Assembly: GCA_963704885.1 (NCBI GenBank)
Contig: CAVPIB010000001.1
Span: forward strand, 768,001 to 832,000
DNA: 64,000 nt
Direction: 5' to 3'
Source of the DNA: an uncultured Actinomycetes bacterium
GTDB taxonomy: Bacteria > Actinomycetota > UBA4738 > HRBIN12
The notes below the pieces were generated by a model that worked only from the letters and a program-made list of their open reading frames with translations, was not told the origin of the DNA and searched no databases. This document shows positions 1 through 13,682 of this stretch, one piece after another (position 1 is the first letter of the stretch; each line of letters begins with the position of its first letter). The translations under genes were made by a program, and so were the position numbers.

Positions 1-81
1 TCCCGGGGTCCATCCCGGATCCGGATAGCCGCGGGTGGTGCCGAACGGGCATCGCCATAGGTAGACTCGGCTCCCGAACAC

Positions 82-156
82 GGCGGCGTAGCTCAGAGGT
101 AGAGCAAGCGGCTCATAATCGCTGTGTCGGTGGTTCGAGTCCACCCGCCGCTACCA
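82..156 (+). tRNA. tRNA-Met (CAT), probably elongator
   Basis: Acceptor GGCGGCG/CGCCGCT, anticodon loop CTCATAA, GGTTCGAGT T-loop, encoded CCA; TAGACT -10 at 62-67. Confidence 0.93.
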
Positions 157-196
157 AGACGCCCGTCGGCCGACCATTAACCTCGGAGGAAGGACC

Positions 197-1381
<1,185 letters not shown>

Positions 1382-1403
1382 ACATCGTGAGGGAGAACGA
1401 CTG

Positions 1404-1568
1404 ATGGCGAAGGGTGACAACCGCCCGAAGATCACGCTCGCGTGCTCTGAGTGCAAGCGGCGCAACTACAACACCGTGAAGAACCGGGTGAACGACCGGG
1501 ATCGGATGGAGCTGAAGAAGTACTGCCGGTGGTGTCGTACCCACACGGCGCACCGCGAGACCCGCTAG
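1404..1568 (+). CDS. rpmG: 50S ribosomal protein L33 (Zn-binding form)
   Basis: Manually translated (not in ORF track): [54 protein letters not shown]. Confidence 0.97.
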   Translation: MAKGDNRPKITLACSECKRRNYNTVKNRVNDRDRMELKKYCRWCRTHTAHRETR

Positions 1569-2296
1569 TCGGTCTCGCCGCTCGGCATCGGTTCCGGGAC
1601 GGTCGGCTCCTCGGCGTCATCGACAGCGGGCACCACCACGCGCTCGTGTCGGATGGCGGCCACGATCGCGTCGAGCTTCGAGTGGACGCCCAGTTTCATG
1701 AGGATGTTCTGCACGTGTGTCCTGACCGTGCTCCGACTGAGGCCGAGATCCGCGGAGATGGCCTCAGGAGATCGACCGTCGGATAGGGCTTGCAGGATCT
1801 CTAGCTCGCGCGGTGTCAGGCGGTCCAGGCGTTGAGCCATGTCCCCGTTGCGGCTCCGCACGCGCTTGAGTCGATCGAGCGCCGCCTGCACTTCGTCATC
1901 CGGGTTCAGAGGCTCTCCGCGATGCGCCCTCCGCACGGCCTCCGCCAGATCGCCGATCGCCGCGGTCTTCCGGAGGAATCCGGCAGCGCCTGCCCGGACG
2001 GCCCGACCGTGCGCCAACTCGTCCTCTGAGCCCGTGAGGATGACCACCTCGGTGTCTTGACTGGCCGAGCGGATACGACGGGAGTTCTCCAGGCCGTCCA
2101 CCCCGGGCATCTGAAGATCCAGGAGCACCACGTCCGGCCGGCGCTCGGCGACGGTCGCGGCGGCTTCCTCACCATCCGTCAGGATGGCAATGACCTCCAG
2201 ATCACGTTCCTTCCCCAGTGCATAGGCGAGCGCTTCCGCGAACGCGCGGTGGTCGTCGGCGATGACGAGTGTGATCCGGGGATCGGGCGTTCCCAT
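1565..2296 (-). CDS. NarL/LuxR-family response regulator (orphan)
   Basis: [13 protein letters not shown] receiver motifs and LTPRELEIL...[15 protein letters not shown] LuxR HTH; start set at ATG 2296 (TACGAT -10 lies 8 nt upstream). Confidence 0.92.
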   Translation of the reverse strand: MGTPDPRITLVIADDHRAFAEALAYALGKERDLEVIAILTDGEEAAATVAERRPDVVLLDLQMPGVDGLENSRRIRSASQDTEVVILTGSEDELAHGRAVRAGAAGFLRKTAAIGDLAEAVRRAHRGEPLNPDDEVQAALDRLKRVRSRNGDMAQRLDRLTPRELEILQALSDGRSPEAISADLGLSRSTVRTHVQNILMKLGVHSKLDAIVAAIRHERVVVPAVDDAEEPTVPEPMPSGETD

Positions 2297-2381
2297 GGTG
2301 TCGAATCGTAGGCCGGGTAACGGGGCCGCGCACGCACCTGTCCTGTTGCCGCGTGCCTCGACCCCGGATAGCGTGCGCCGC

Positions 2382-2771
2382 GTGGATCCCAAGGCACAGG
2401 GCAAGATCTACGGACCGGTCGGATTCGAGATCACCCCTGAACGCGTCGCCGCGTTCCGGGGCCTGTTCGACGGGCTGGGAGGGGTGCACCCGACGCTCTT
2501 GTCCGCCGCGGAGTTCGCCCTGTTCCCGGCGATAATGGGTGATCCTGAGCTCGATCTGGATTTCCAACGGGTCGTACACGCAAGTCAGGTTTACGAGTAC
2601 GAGCGTCCTCTCCGGGTCGGGGAGACCCTGTCCGTGGAGGGGCAGGTCACGTCGATCCGTCACAAGGGCGGGAACGGATTCCTGACGGTGGAGATGCGGT
2701 TCCGAGATGGAACCGCGGACCTCGTGGCCACGGCGACCTCGCTCATGATCGAACGGGGCGGATCCGGATGA
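2382..2771 (+). CDS. MaoC-like hotdog-fold dehydratase subunit (HadA-like)
   Basis: RVVHASQVYEYERPLRVGETL motif; synteny with rpmG; start inferred at GTG 2382. Confidence 0.85.
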   Translation: MDPKAQGKIYGPVGFEITPERVAAFRGLFDGLGGVHPTLLSAAEFALFPAIMGDPELDLDFQRVVHASQVYEYERPLRVGETLSVEGQVTSIRHKGGNGFLTVEMRFRDGTADLVATATSLMIERGGSG

Positions 2772-3190
2772 CGCGGTTCGAGGACCTCGAGGTCGGCCAG
2801 GCACTGCCCCCGCTCTCGCGGGTGGTATCACGCGAGGATGTGCGGGCTTACGCGGATGCCGGCGGTGATCATAATCCGCTCCACCAAGACGACGACGTCG
2901 CCCGGGCCGCCGGATTCCCCGGGATCATCGCCCACGGGATGTTCACCATGGGCCACCTCGCCGCATGCGTCGCGGCATGGGTCGGGGATCCCGCCGGGGT
3001 GCTGCGTCTGTCTGCGCAGTTCCGCGCGCCTGTGTTCATGGGAGAGGAGATCGTCGCGACGGGTCGGGTGACCCATCTCGATACCGAGACCCGGACGGCG
3101 ATCGCGGAGCTCTGGGTCACGCTGGAGCGTGACGACGTCGTCGAGTACCCGATCCGAAAAGGCGAAGCGACGGTTCGATTCACGGACTAG
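2768..3190 (+). CDS. MaoC-family dehydratase (HadB-like)
   Basis: Hydratase-2 motif YADAGGDHNPLHQD...IAHGM; ATGA overlap with the upstream gene. Confidence 0.9.
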   Translation: MTRFEDLEVGQALPPLSRVVSREDVRAYADAGGDHNPLHQDDDVARAAGFPGIIAHGMFTMGHLAACVAAWVGDPAGVLRLSAQFRAPVFMGEEIVATGRVTHLDTETRTAIAELWVTLERDDVVEYPIRKGEATVRFTD

Positions 3191-3199
3191 CCGTGGCCG

Positions 3200-4807
3200 C
3201 TACTGGGCACGACCGCGACCCGACATGGCCTGGATCGCGTCGCTCATCCGATCGATCACGATCTGCAGATCTCCGCCGACCCCTTCGTCGACTCGGACGG
3301 ATAGGCGATCGATCTTCTCGCCCAGGACCTCCGCTACCTTGATCATGGCCTCGGCGGTCGACTGGGATTCCTTGTGGAGCTGTTCCGACATGGTCTGGAA
3401 GCGACGGTCTACCCCGCCGGCAACATCGGAGCCGAGTCCGGCCTGAAGCTCCTTGACCGCCCGAAGCACCTGCTTCGTGGTGGCGTCGTCGCTCTCGACC
3501 GGCGCGCCCGACATGCGTTGGGCGATCACCCGGTTGTCCGATCGGATCATCTTCGCGAGCGCCCCGAGTCCCTCGTCGACGTGCTCGGCCATGCGTTCCT
3601 CGGTCTGGCTCCGAGACTGCACCACCGTCTCGACCAGCGAGACGCCCATCTCGTCGATCGACGTGATCGAGGTATCCAGACGCTCGAGCGTTCGCTCGAA
3701 CGTCGAGGCCACGGCGATGTCGGCGGCTTCGGCGGCACGTTGGGCGACCGTTTCTGCCACCGATCCGAGCTGCGATTCGATCCGCTCCGTGAGCTCGGCC
3801 AGGTTCCGTTCGACGCTAGCGCTGACGGCGAGCGTGAGCGAGGACATCCGCTCGTTCACGACGTCGGTCAGTCGTTCCTCCTGAACTGCGGCGTTGCGAT
3901 CGATCAGCTCTCTCAGGGCCTCGGAATCCGAGCGCGTGAGCTGTGCGAGCCCCATCACCCGGGTCTCCAGGAGGTTCTCCATGGCGATCTGGTGCTCCTG
4001 GCTCGTTCGACCCTGGATCCCGACCCGCTCTCCCAGCATCTGGAGCTGCTCGGCCATCTCGCGGGTCTCGTCGGCTACCGTGGCGCGGAGCTTGTCTGCC
4101 AACGTATCGTCGTGAGCGGCGAACGCCGCCGCGTGCTGCTCGATACGTTGCGCCAGGCGACCCATCGCCTCGGCGCCTCCTTGCACGTAGCTCTCCATCG
4201 CCTCGACGATCCTTGCGGTCTCGCGAGCGATCAGATCTCCGTGCTCGACGATCTTGTCCTTGATGGCGCCGGTCAGCGCCTGGTCGCGCTCATCCAGGTG
4301 TTGGAACGTCGACGCGATGTGTTCCTCCACCTGCTCGAGCTGGGTGCGAACCAGCTCGACGCCTTGGAGGGTGGGCGAATTCGCGATCTCGTGCACCGAT
4401 CGAGCTGACAGCTGGACCGCTTCGCGCACCAATCGGCCGTTCTCTGCCAGCTCGGCGAGCGCGTCCTCCAGCCGGGCGGTGCGGACCGCCAGGGCCTGGA
4501 ATCGGTCGTCGCTCGAAGCGATCAGGCTGCGGATCGCCTGGTCGCGTGAGATGAAGCTCAAGATCCGGTCCTGTTCGGGACCGACGTCCGTTCCGGATAC
4601 TCGCCACATCTCCGAAGCGATCTCTCGCATCAGCGAGGACGCATGGTCTTCGATCGCCCGCAGTCCCTCCTCCAGACGCTCCTCGACCGCACGCTCGTGC
4701 GGGTCGGTTGAAACGCGGCGAAGTTCGGGAGCATCAGACCGACGGGCGAACAGCCCACGCCGGGGGCCGCCGGGCATCTCCGGCGGATACGTGGTACCGG
4801 TATCCAT
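3200..4807 (-). CDS. Hypothetical all-helical coiled-coil protein (~535 aa)
   Basis: Long ORF rich in A/E/L/R/Q with heptad-like periodicity; start uncertain (ATG 4807 or 4855). Confidence 0.75.
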   Translation of the reverse strand: MDTGTTYPPEMPGGPRRGLFARRSDAPELRRVSTDPHERAVEERLEEGLRAIEDHASSLMREIASEMWRVSGTDVGPEQDRILSFISRDQAIRSLIASSDDRFQALAVRTARLEDALAELAENGRLVREAVQLSARSVHEIANSPTLQGVELVRTQLEQVEEHIASTFQHLDERDQALTGAIKDKIVEHGDLIARETARIVEAMESYVQGGAEAMGRLAQRIEQHAAAFAAHDDTLADKLRATVADETREMAEQLQMLGERVGIQGRTSQEHQIAMENLLETRVMGLAQLTRSDSEALRELIDRNAAVQEERLTDVVNERMSSLTLAVSASVERNLAELTERIESQLGSVAETVAQRAAEAADIAVASTFERTLERLDTSITSIDEMGVSLVETVVQSRSQTEERMAEHVDEGLGALAKMIRSDNRVIAQRMSGAPVESDDATTKQVLRAVKELQAGLGSDVAGGVDRRFQTMSEQLHKESQSTAEAMIKVAEVLGEKIDRLSVRVDEGVGGDLQIVIDRMSDAIQAMSGRGRAQ

Positions 4808-5000
4808 GTCGAGGCCTCGCGATCCGGGGCCGGCGCGATGCGTCCGCCGAAGCATAGGTCAGCCTCGGGGCGCGAACACGCATATCGAGGCCGAAAGATG
4901 CGCGCGCCGATGCCCTCGCGCCGGCTCCTTTGCCGAGGCTAGGGGTCGTACCTATACTGAGGACTCCGAAGTCCCCCACGTACCTGGGCGACCGGAGCCG

Positions 5001-5074
5001 AGGGGCGTAGCTCAACTTGGTAGAGCACCGGTCTCCAAAACCGGCGGTTGGGGGTTCAAGTCCCTCCGCCCCTG
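5001..5074 (+). tRNA. tRNA-Trp (CCA)
   Basis: AGGGGCG/CGCCCCT acceptor, anticodon loop CTCCAAA, GGTTCAAGT T-loop; CCA end not encoded; canonical position before secE. Confidence 0.95.
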
Positions 5075-5086
5075 CAAGGGAGCACC

Positions 5087-5416
5087 ATGAATAGGCAGAT
5101 GAAGCGGATGCAGGAGCGCCAGGAGCGCAAGGCGCGTGGCTCGAGCACCGAGCGGCGCGAGGCTGCAACCACGTCTGCTCGCCGCGGAACCGGCGGAGCG
5201 CCGGCCGGCCGTAGTGACGGCAAGAAGAAGCGAACCGGCGCCCGGCAGTTCCTGAAAGAGGTTCGCCAGGAGCTGCGGAAGGTCGATTGGCCCTCCCGAA
5301 GAGAGCTGATCTCCTACACGGTCGTGGTGCTGGTGACCATCGTCGTGATGACGACTTACGTGTTCGGTCTCGACTATGTCTTTTCCAAGCTCGTCTTGAA
5401 CGCTCTCGCCAATTGA
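5087..5416 (+). CDS. secE: Preprotein translocase subunit SecE
   Basis: [19 protein letters not shown] followed by one TM helix; start at ATG 5087 after GGGAG. Confidence 0.95.
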   Translation: MNRQMKRMQERQERKARGSSTERREAATTSARRGTGGAPAGRSDGKKKRTGARQFLKEVRQELRKVDWPSRRELISYTVVVLVTIVVMTTYVFGLDYVFSKLVLNALAN

Positions 5417-5433
5417 CCCCTCCTGAGGATCTC

Positions 5434-6480
5434 GTGACCGACGACCCCACCGTGGATCCCGATGACGCACGCGAAGCCGTGGATGCGGCTCAGCCCTCCG
5501 ACACGTCCATGTCGGAGACGCCCGTGACCGAAGCCCTCGAAGCGGCTGCGGAGGTCCACGAGTTGGCCGATGAGGCCGCGGCCGAGACCATGGCCGAGGC
5601 CGTCGTCGAGGCAACCGATATCGAGGCCGAAGCGGATCTGGTCGCCGGGTCCATCCTGGAGGAGGCCGCCGAGGAGGCCGAAGCGCTGATCGAGATCGGC
5701 GAGGTTGAGCCCGCCGAAGCTGTCCTCGATCAGGCGATCCAGGACGCCGCCATGGTGGAACTGATAGGCGAGACTGCGGCCGAAGAAGTGCTCATCGAGG
5801 CCGTCATCGAGTCCGCTGTCATGGAAGAAACGGCCGAGGAGATCGCCGAGGAGCTCGTCACCGAGGCGGCTGAGCGCAAGCCTCCCAAGCACGAGCCTAA
5901 GATCGAACAACCCGAACCCGCCGCCGCCGAGGCAGACCCCTTCGGGGGCCCGGGAGACTGGTACGTGGTCCACACCTACGCCGGCTACGAGAACAAGGTC
6001 AAGACCAACTTGGAGTCCCGGATCCACACCATGCAGATGGAGGGCAAGATCTTCAACGTCCACATCCCCATGGAAGACGTGATGGAGATCAAGGGCGGCA
6101 AGAAGCAGGTCGTGCAGAAGAAGGTGTTCCCCGGCTATCTGCTCGTGAAGATGATCTACGACAACGACTCCTGGTATGTGGTGCGGAACACGCCCGGCGT
6201 GACGGGCTTCGTATCGGCAGGCACCGGCTCCAAGCCCACGCCGCTGTCGCGTCGAGAGGTCGAGAAGATCCTGGTGGTCAAGAAGGAAGAGGTGAAGCCG
6301 CAATTCCGCCTCGGGTTCGAGGAAGGCGACGTCGTGCGGATAATCTCGGGTCCTTTCGCCGACTTCAACGGCACGATCAGCGAGATCAACGTGGATCAGA
6401 GCAAGCTGAAGGTGCTCGTCAACATCTTCGACCGCGAGACGCCGGTCGAGCTCGGCTTCGACCAAGTGTCGAAGGTCTAA
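5434..6480 (+). CDS. nusG: Transcription factor NusG with long acidic N-terminal extension
   Basis: [18 protein letters not shown] and [11 protein letters not shown] motifs; start inferred at GTG 5434. Confidence 0.95.
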   Translation: MTDDPTVDPDDAREAVDAAQPSDTSMSETPVTEALEAAAEVHELADEAAAETMAEAVVEATDIEAEADLVAGSILEEAAEEAEALIEIGEVEPAEAVLDQAIQDAAMVELIGETAAEEVLIEAVIESAVMEETAEEIAEELVTEAAERKPPKHEPKIEQPEPAAAEADPFGGPGDWYVVHTYAGYENKVKTNLESRIHTMQMEGKIFNVHIPMEDVMEIKGGKKQVVQKKVFPGYLLVKMIYDNDSWYVVRNTPGVTGFVSAGTGSKPTPLSRREVEKILVVKKEEVKPQFRLGFEEGDVVRIISGPFADFNGTISEINVDQSKLKVLVNIFDRETPVELGFDQVSKV

Positions 6481-6490
6481 CCCCTACGAC

Positions 6491-6523
6491 GCGGGAGGCC
6501 GCCGACGCGGCCGTTTGGACCGC
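6491..6523 (+). promoter_or_regulatory. Putative L1-binding autoregulatory site of the rplK-rplA leader
   Basis: GCGG-GAG-GCCGC-cgac-GCGGCC...GACCGC nested stem with a purine internal loop, directly before the rplK SD. Confidence 0.65.
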
Positions 6524-6537
6524 AGGAGGTAGAACAG

Positions 6538-6966
6538 ATGGCGAAGAAGAAGACGCTCGCCCTCGTGAAGCTGCAGATCAAGGCCGGACAGGCGACGCCT
6601 GCTCCCCCCGTGGGGACCGCGTTGGGACAGCACGGCGTGAACATCATGGACTTCTGTCGGCAGTACAACGAGGCTACGCAACAGTTCGCCGGACAGGTGA
6701 TCCCGGTGGAACTCACGATCTACGAGGATCGCTCGTTCTCGTTCGTCACGAAGCAGCCGCCGGCCGCCGAGCTGATCAAGGCTGCGGCCGAGATCGAGAA
6801 GGGCTCCGACATCCCGAACCGGACGAAGGTCGCCAAGCTCTCACAAGACCAGGTGCGGAAGATCGCCGAGCAGAAGATGGCCGATCTGAACGCGAACGAT
6901 GTGGAGATGGCCATGCGGATCATCGCCGGTACGGCGCGGAGCATGGGCGTGGAGGTGGAGGCATGA
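6538..6966 (+). CDS. rplK: 50S ribosomal protein L11
   Basis: [22 protein letters not shown]. Confidence 0.99.
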   Translation: MAKKKTLALVKLQIKAGQATPAPPVGTALGQHGVNIMDFCRQYNEATQQFAGQVIPVELTIYEDRSFSFVTKQPPAAELIKAAAEIEKGSDIPNRTKVAKLSQDQVRKIAEQKMADLNANDVEMAMRIIAGTARSMGVEVEA

Positions 6967-7679
6967 CCGGGCGGGGCAAGCGCTATCGAGAGGCGGAATC
7001 CAAGGTCGACCGTGATCGCGAGTATCAGCCGGGCGATGCCTTCAAGGTCCTGAAGTCGCTGCCAGACGCCAAGTTCGACGAGACCGTTGAGGTCGCGTTC
7101 CGGCTGGGGATCGACACGCGCAAGGCCGATCAGATGGTCCGCGGCACCGTCTCGCTCCCCAACGGGACGGGGCGCTCGGTCCGTGTTGGAGTCTTCGCTG
7201 TGGGCGACAAGGCGCGTGAGGCCACCGAGGCAGGCGCCGAGGTCGTTGGTGGCGAGGAGCTCGTGGAGGAAGTCATCAAGGGCACCATCGACTTCGACGC
7301 CGCCGTCGCCACGCCGGACATGATGGCCGCGGTCGGCAAGGCCGGCCGCGTGCTCGGTCCGCGCGGCTTGATGCCCAACCCGAAGACTGGAACGGTCACC
7401 ATGGATATCGCCAAAGCCGTCTCCGACATCAAGGGCGGCAAGGTCGAGTACCGGGCGGACCGCACCGGGAACGTCCATGTGGTGCTCGGCAAGAAGTCTT
7501 TCGATGAAAGGGCGTTGTTCGAGAACTACCTGACGATCGTCGACGAGATGCTGCGGGCGAAGCCGTCCGCGACGAAGGGCCGCTACATCAAGAGCCTCGC
7601 CGTGTCGACCACCATGGGGCCGAGCGTCCGGATCGACACCGCCCACCCGAAGGGCATCGATAGCGGCGTGCCCGCGTAG
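6963..7679 (+). CDS. rplA: 50S ribosomal protein L1
   Basis: [23 protein letters not shown]. Confidence 0.99.
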   Translation: MTGRGKRYREAESKVDRDREYQPGDAFKVLKSLPDAKFDETVEVAFRLGIDTRKADQMVRGTVSLPNGTGRSVRVGVFAVGDKAREATEAGAEVVGGEELVEEVIKGTIDFDAAVATPDMMAAVGKAGRVLGPRGLMPNPKTGTVTMDIAKAVSDIKGGKVEYRADRTGNVHVVLGKKSFDERALFENYLTIVDEMLRAKPSATKGRYIKSLAVSTTMGPSVRIDTAHPKGIDSGVPA

Positions 7680-7721
7680 AGGGTCGTTGTCGGTCCGGCC
7701 GTCCGGCCGCTAGGCTCTCCG

Positions 7722-7830
7722 CGCCGCAGACAGCAGGGGCGCGTGAGCGCGTAATCCCTTCGGGGTACCTGCCGAGGCAAACCGAAGATGTCGCATCCCG
7801 CGCGTCTCCGCTGTCTGCGGAGGCGCGTGT
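7722..7830 (+). promoter_or_regulatory. L10 (rplJ) leader RNA with alternative pairings
   Basis: GACAGCAGG...CCTGCCGAGG core, downstream hairpin 7800-7828, TAGGCT -10 at 7711-7716. Confidence 0.8.
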
Positions 7831-7853
7831 TGCATCCCTAACGAGGAGGCGCG

Positions 7854-8513
7854 ATGCCCAAAGCCGAGAAGATCGAACGGGTCGGTGAGCTCAAGGAGCG
7901 GATCGAGGGCTCCGATGCTCTCCTGCTCGCTGACTACCGGGGACTCACGGTGTCGGATATCACCGAGCTCAGGCGATCGCTCGCCGAGGGCGGGACACGG
8001 TTCTCGGTGGTCAAGAACACGCTGATGCAGCGTGCGGCCGTCGACGCATCGATCGACGAGCTCGAGTCGATGCTAGACGGACCGACGGCGGTCGCGTTCG
8101 TGGCCGGTGACCCTGTCGCCGCCGCCAAGAAGGTCGTCGACGCGGCGAAGAGGTTCCCCACCCTGATCCTGAAGGGCGGATACATGGACGGCCGCGTGCT
8201 GTCCGCCGATGAGGCCAGGTCGCTCGCGGATCTGGAGCCGCGCGAGGTCATGCTGTCGAAGGTGGCAGGGCTGCTGAAGAGCGAGATGTCCAGGGCCGCC
8301 GCCGCGTTCGTAGCCGCGCAGTCGAAGTTCCTGTCGCTGCTCGCGGCGTATAAGGAGAAGATCCCAGGAGAAGTGCCGACGGCCGAAGAGGCTGTAGCGG
8401 AGGGTATCCCGGAGGCGTTGGTCGCCTCCGACGACGCGACCGACACGGTGGAGCCCACCGTCGAGGAGCCCGCTTCACCCGAACAGAGCGACGAGTCAGA
8501 AGGGGAGGAATGA
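7854..8513 (+). CDS. rplJ: 50S ribosomal protein L10 with acidic C-terminal tail
   Basis: DYRGLTV, VVKNTL, GPTAVAF. Confidence 0.98.
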   Translation: MPKAEKIERVGELKERIEGSDALLLADYRGLTVSDITELRRSLAEGGTRFSVVKNTLMQRAAVDASIDELESMLDGPTAVAFVAGDPVAAAKKVVDAAKRFPTLILKGGYMDGRVLSADEARSLADLEPREVMLSKVAGLLKSEMSRAAAAFVAAQSKFLSLLAAYKEKIPGEVPTAEEAVAEGIPEALVASDDATDTVEPTVEEPASPEQSDESEGEE

Positions 8514-8517
8514 ACCC

Positions 8518-8901
8518 ATGGCGAAGATGAGCACGGATGACCTACTCGGGCAGTTCAAGGAGATGACGCTGCTCGAGTTGTCGGACTTCATCAAGCAGTT
8601 CGAAGAGACGTTCGACGTGAAGGCTGCGTCTGGCGCGCCGGTCATGATGGCCGCCCCAGGCGGCGGAGGTGTCGAGGCCGAGGAGGAGCAGACGGAGTTC
8701 GACGTCGTTCTGACAGCGGTCGGCGACAAGAAGATCCAGGTCATCAAGGAGGTTCGCGCGCTGACGAGCCTCGGCCTGAAGGAGGCCAAGGACCTGGTGG
8801 ACAACGCGCCGAAGGCGGTGCTGGAGAAGGTAGCCAAGGAGGCCGCCGACACGGCCAAGGAGACGCTCGAGGCCGCCGGCGCCACCGTCGAGATCAAGTA
8901 A
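8518..8901 (+). CDS. rplL: 50S ribosomal protein L7/L12
   Basis: [26 protein letters not shown]. Confidence 0.99.
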   Translation: MAKMSTDDLLGQFKEMTLLELSDFIKQFEETFDVKAASGAPVMMAAPGGGGVEAEEEQTEFDVVLTAVGDKKIQVIKEVRALTSLGLKEAKDLVDNAPKAVLEKVAKEAADTAKETLEAAGATVEIK

Positions 8902-8912
8902 CGGATCGACCT

Positions 8913-8954
8913 CGGGAGGGTCCCTCGGAGCGGATCTCCGGGGGACCCCTTCCT
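8913..8954 (+). terminator. GC-rich hairpin after rplL (probable terminator)
   Basis: GGGTCCCTCGGAG-cggat-CTCCGGGGGACCC followed by a pyrimidine-rich run. Confidence 0.6.
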
Positions 8955-9039
8955 CTGCTCCGGTCGCTCGAAGGCCTGTGCTAGGGTTCGCGGCGGGGAG
9001 GGCGACCTCCGGTCACATCGTCGGAGCGGGGGATCGAAC

Positions 9040-9468
9040 ATGATCGAGAACGACGGCAAGCACTTCGGGAATCGGCTGCGTGAGGCACGGATCCGCGCCG
9101 GCCTCAGTCAATCGGAGCTCGAGGAACTATCAGGGATCCCGAAGGCGAGACTGTCCCGTTATGAGAACGGACACGTGGAGCCTTCGATCCAGACGTTGGC
9201 GAGGCTCGCGGGGGCGCTGAACGTGTCCGAGGCGTCGCTACTGGGTGATCATCGAGCGATCCTGGAGGGGTTCTTCACCGAGTTGTCGGCTCGAGGGGTA
9301 CGGATCGAATCCCAAGAGCAGGGTGCCCGCCTGGCGCACGCGGTCGCCGACATGGTGCAAGCGCTCGGCGGCATCGAGTCGTTCGACGCGGTCGACGAGC
9401 CGGTCGTGTCACGCCGTAGCGAGCACACGGTGTGGATCGACTCGCCCGCCGGGGTCGACCTGTCCTGA
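9040..9468 (+). CDS. XRE-family HTH transcriptional regulator
   Basis: LREARIRAGLSQSEL...LSRYENGHVEPSIQTLARLAGAL. Confidence 0.9.
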   Translation: MIENDGKHFGNRLREARIRAGLSQSELEELSGIPKARLSRYENGHVEPSIQTLARLAGALNVSEASLLGDHRAILEGFFTELSARGVRIESQEQGARLAHAVADMVQALGGIESFDAVDEPVVSRRSEHTVWIDSPAGVDLS

Positions 9469-10013
9469 GTCACCCCGGGGCCACCGCCATCGACGGTGTG
9501 CGGCTGATCGAGCTCCAAGTACGCGAGGACCAGCGCGGGTCCTTCATCGAGCTATATCGCCAGAGCTGGATCGAGTCCCCAGGCGCCGCTGCTCAAGCGA
9601 ATCTCTCCCGTTCCGTGCCGGGCGTGTTGCGCGGCATGCACTTCCATCGGAGGCAGTGGGACTACTGGAGTCCGGTGGCCGGCGAGGCTTTCGTCGCACT
9701 GGCGGATCTGCGGGAGGGTTCCCCCACCGAGAGGGAGGTCATGACGCTCGGCCTGAGCGGCGACGACCCCCGGGGTCTGTTCATCCCGCCCGGTGTGGCC
9801 CACGGCTTCTATGCCACTTCGGAGTTCGTCATGTTGTACCTGGTGGACGCCTACTTCGACGGTAGCGACGAACACTCCGTGGCCTGGGACGATCCCGAGC
9901 TGGGGATCGCCTGGCCGGCAGGCGATCCGATCTTGTCGGAGCGAGATCGAGGGAACCCGAGCCTCGCCGAGGCTCTTCGATCGCCGCCTCGATACGGCCC
10001 TTCGTTGGGTTGA
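9465..10013 (+). CDS. dTDP-4-dehydrorhamnose 3,5-epimerase family (RmlC-like cupin)
   Basis: DQRGSF, GVLRGMHFH, DLREGSPT, FIPPGVAHGF, WDDPELGIAW, ILSERD; start uncertain (CTG 9465 or GTG 9432). Confidence 0.88.
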   Translation: MSHPGATAIDGVRLIELQVREDQRGSFIELYRQSWIESPGAAAQANLSRSVPGVLRGMHFHRRQWDYWSPVAGEAFVALADLREGSPTEREVMTLGLSGDDPRGLFIPPGVAHGFYATSEFVMLYLVDAYFDGSDEHSVAWDDPELGIAWPAGDPILSERDRGNPSLAEALRSPPRYGPSLG

Positions 10014-10071
10014 CCTCGGCCAACCGGGGCGTTACCCTTCCGCCGTCCCTGCGAGGGGTGTAGCAGGTGGG

Positions 10072-10100
10072 TTGACTGTGCCTGCGTTCGTGCGTACACT
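10072..10100 (+). promoter_or_regulatory. SigA-type promoter of rpoBC
   Basis: TTGACT-N17-TACACT. Confidence 0.75.
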
Positions 10101-10167
10101 ACCCGTTTGCCGTGACGTCCACCGCGCTCCGCTGTGCGCCAGCTAGCTGCCCCGGGAGGGATCTCGT

Positions 10168-13620
<3,453 letters not shown>

Positions 13621-13682
13621 GCGGGAACACGCGATCGTTGAACAGGGTGAAGAGCGAGCCACGCGAGGAGGCGAGCGCTTAG

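Noticed and set aside
3200-5074. Integrative element at tRNA-Trp or tRNA-Met
   Set aside because: No integrase, no duplicated tRNA 3' end seen and no obvious compositional shift
9040-9468. XRE gene as a prophage repressor or antitoxin
   Set aside because: No phage genes or toxin-like partner nearby; the neighbour is an RmlC-like enzyme
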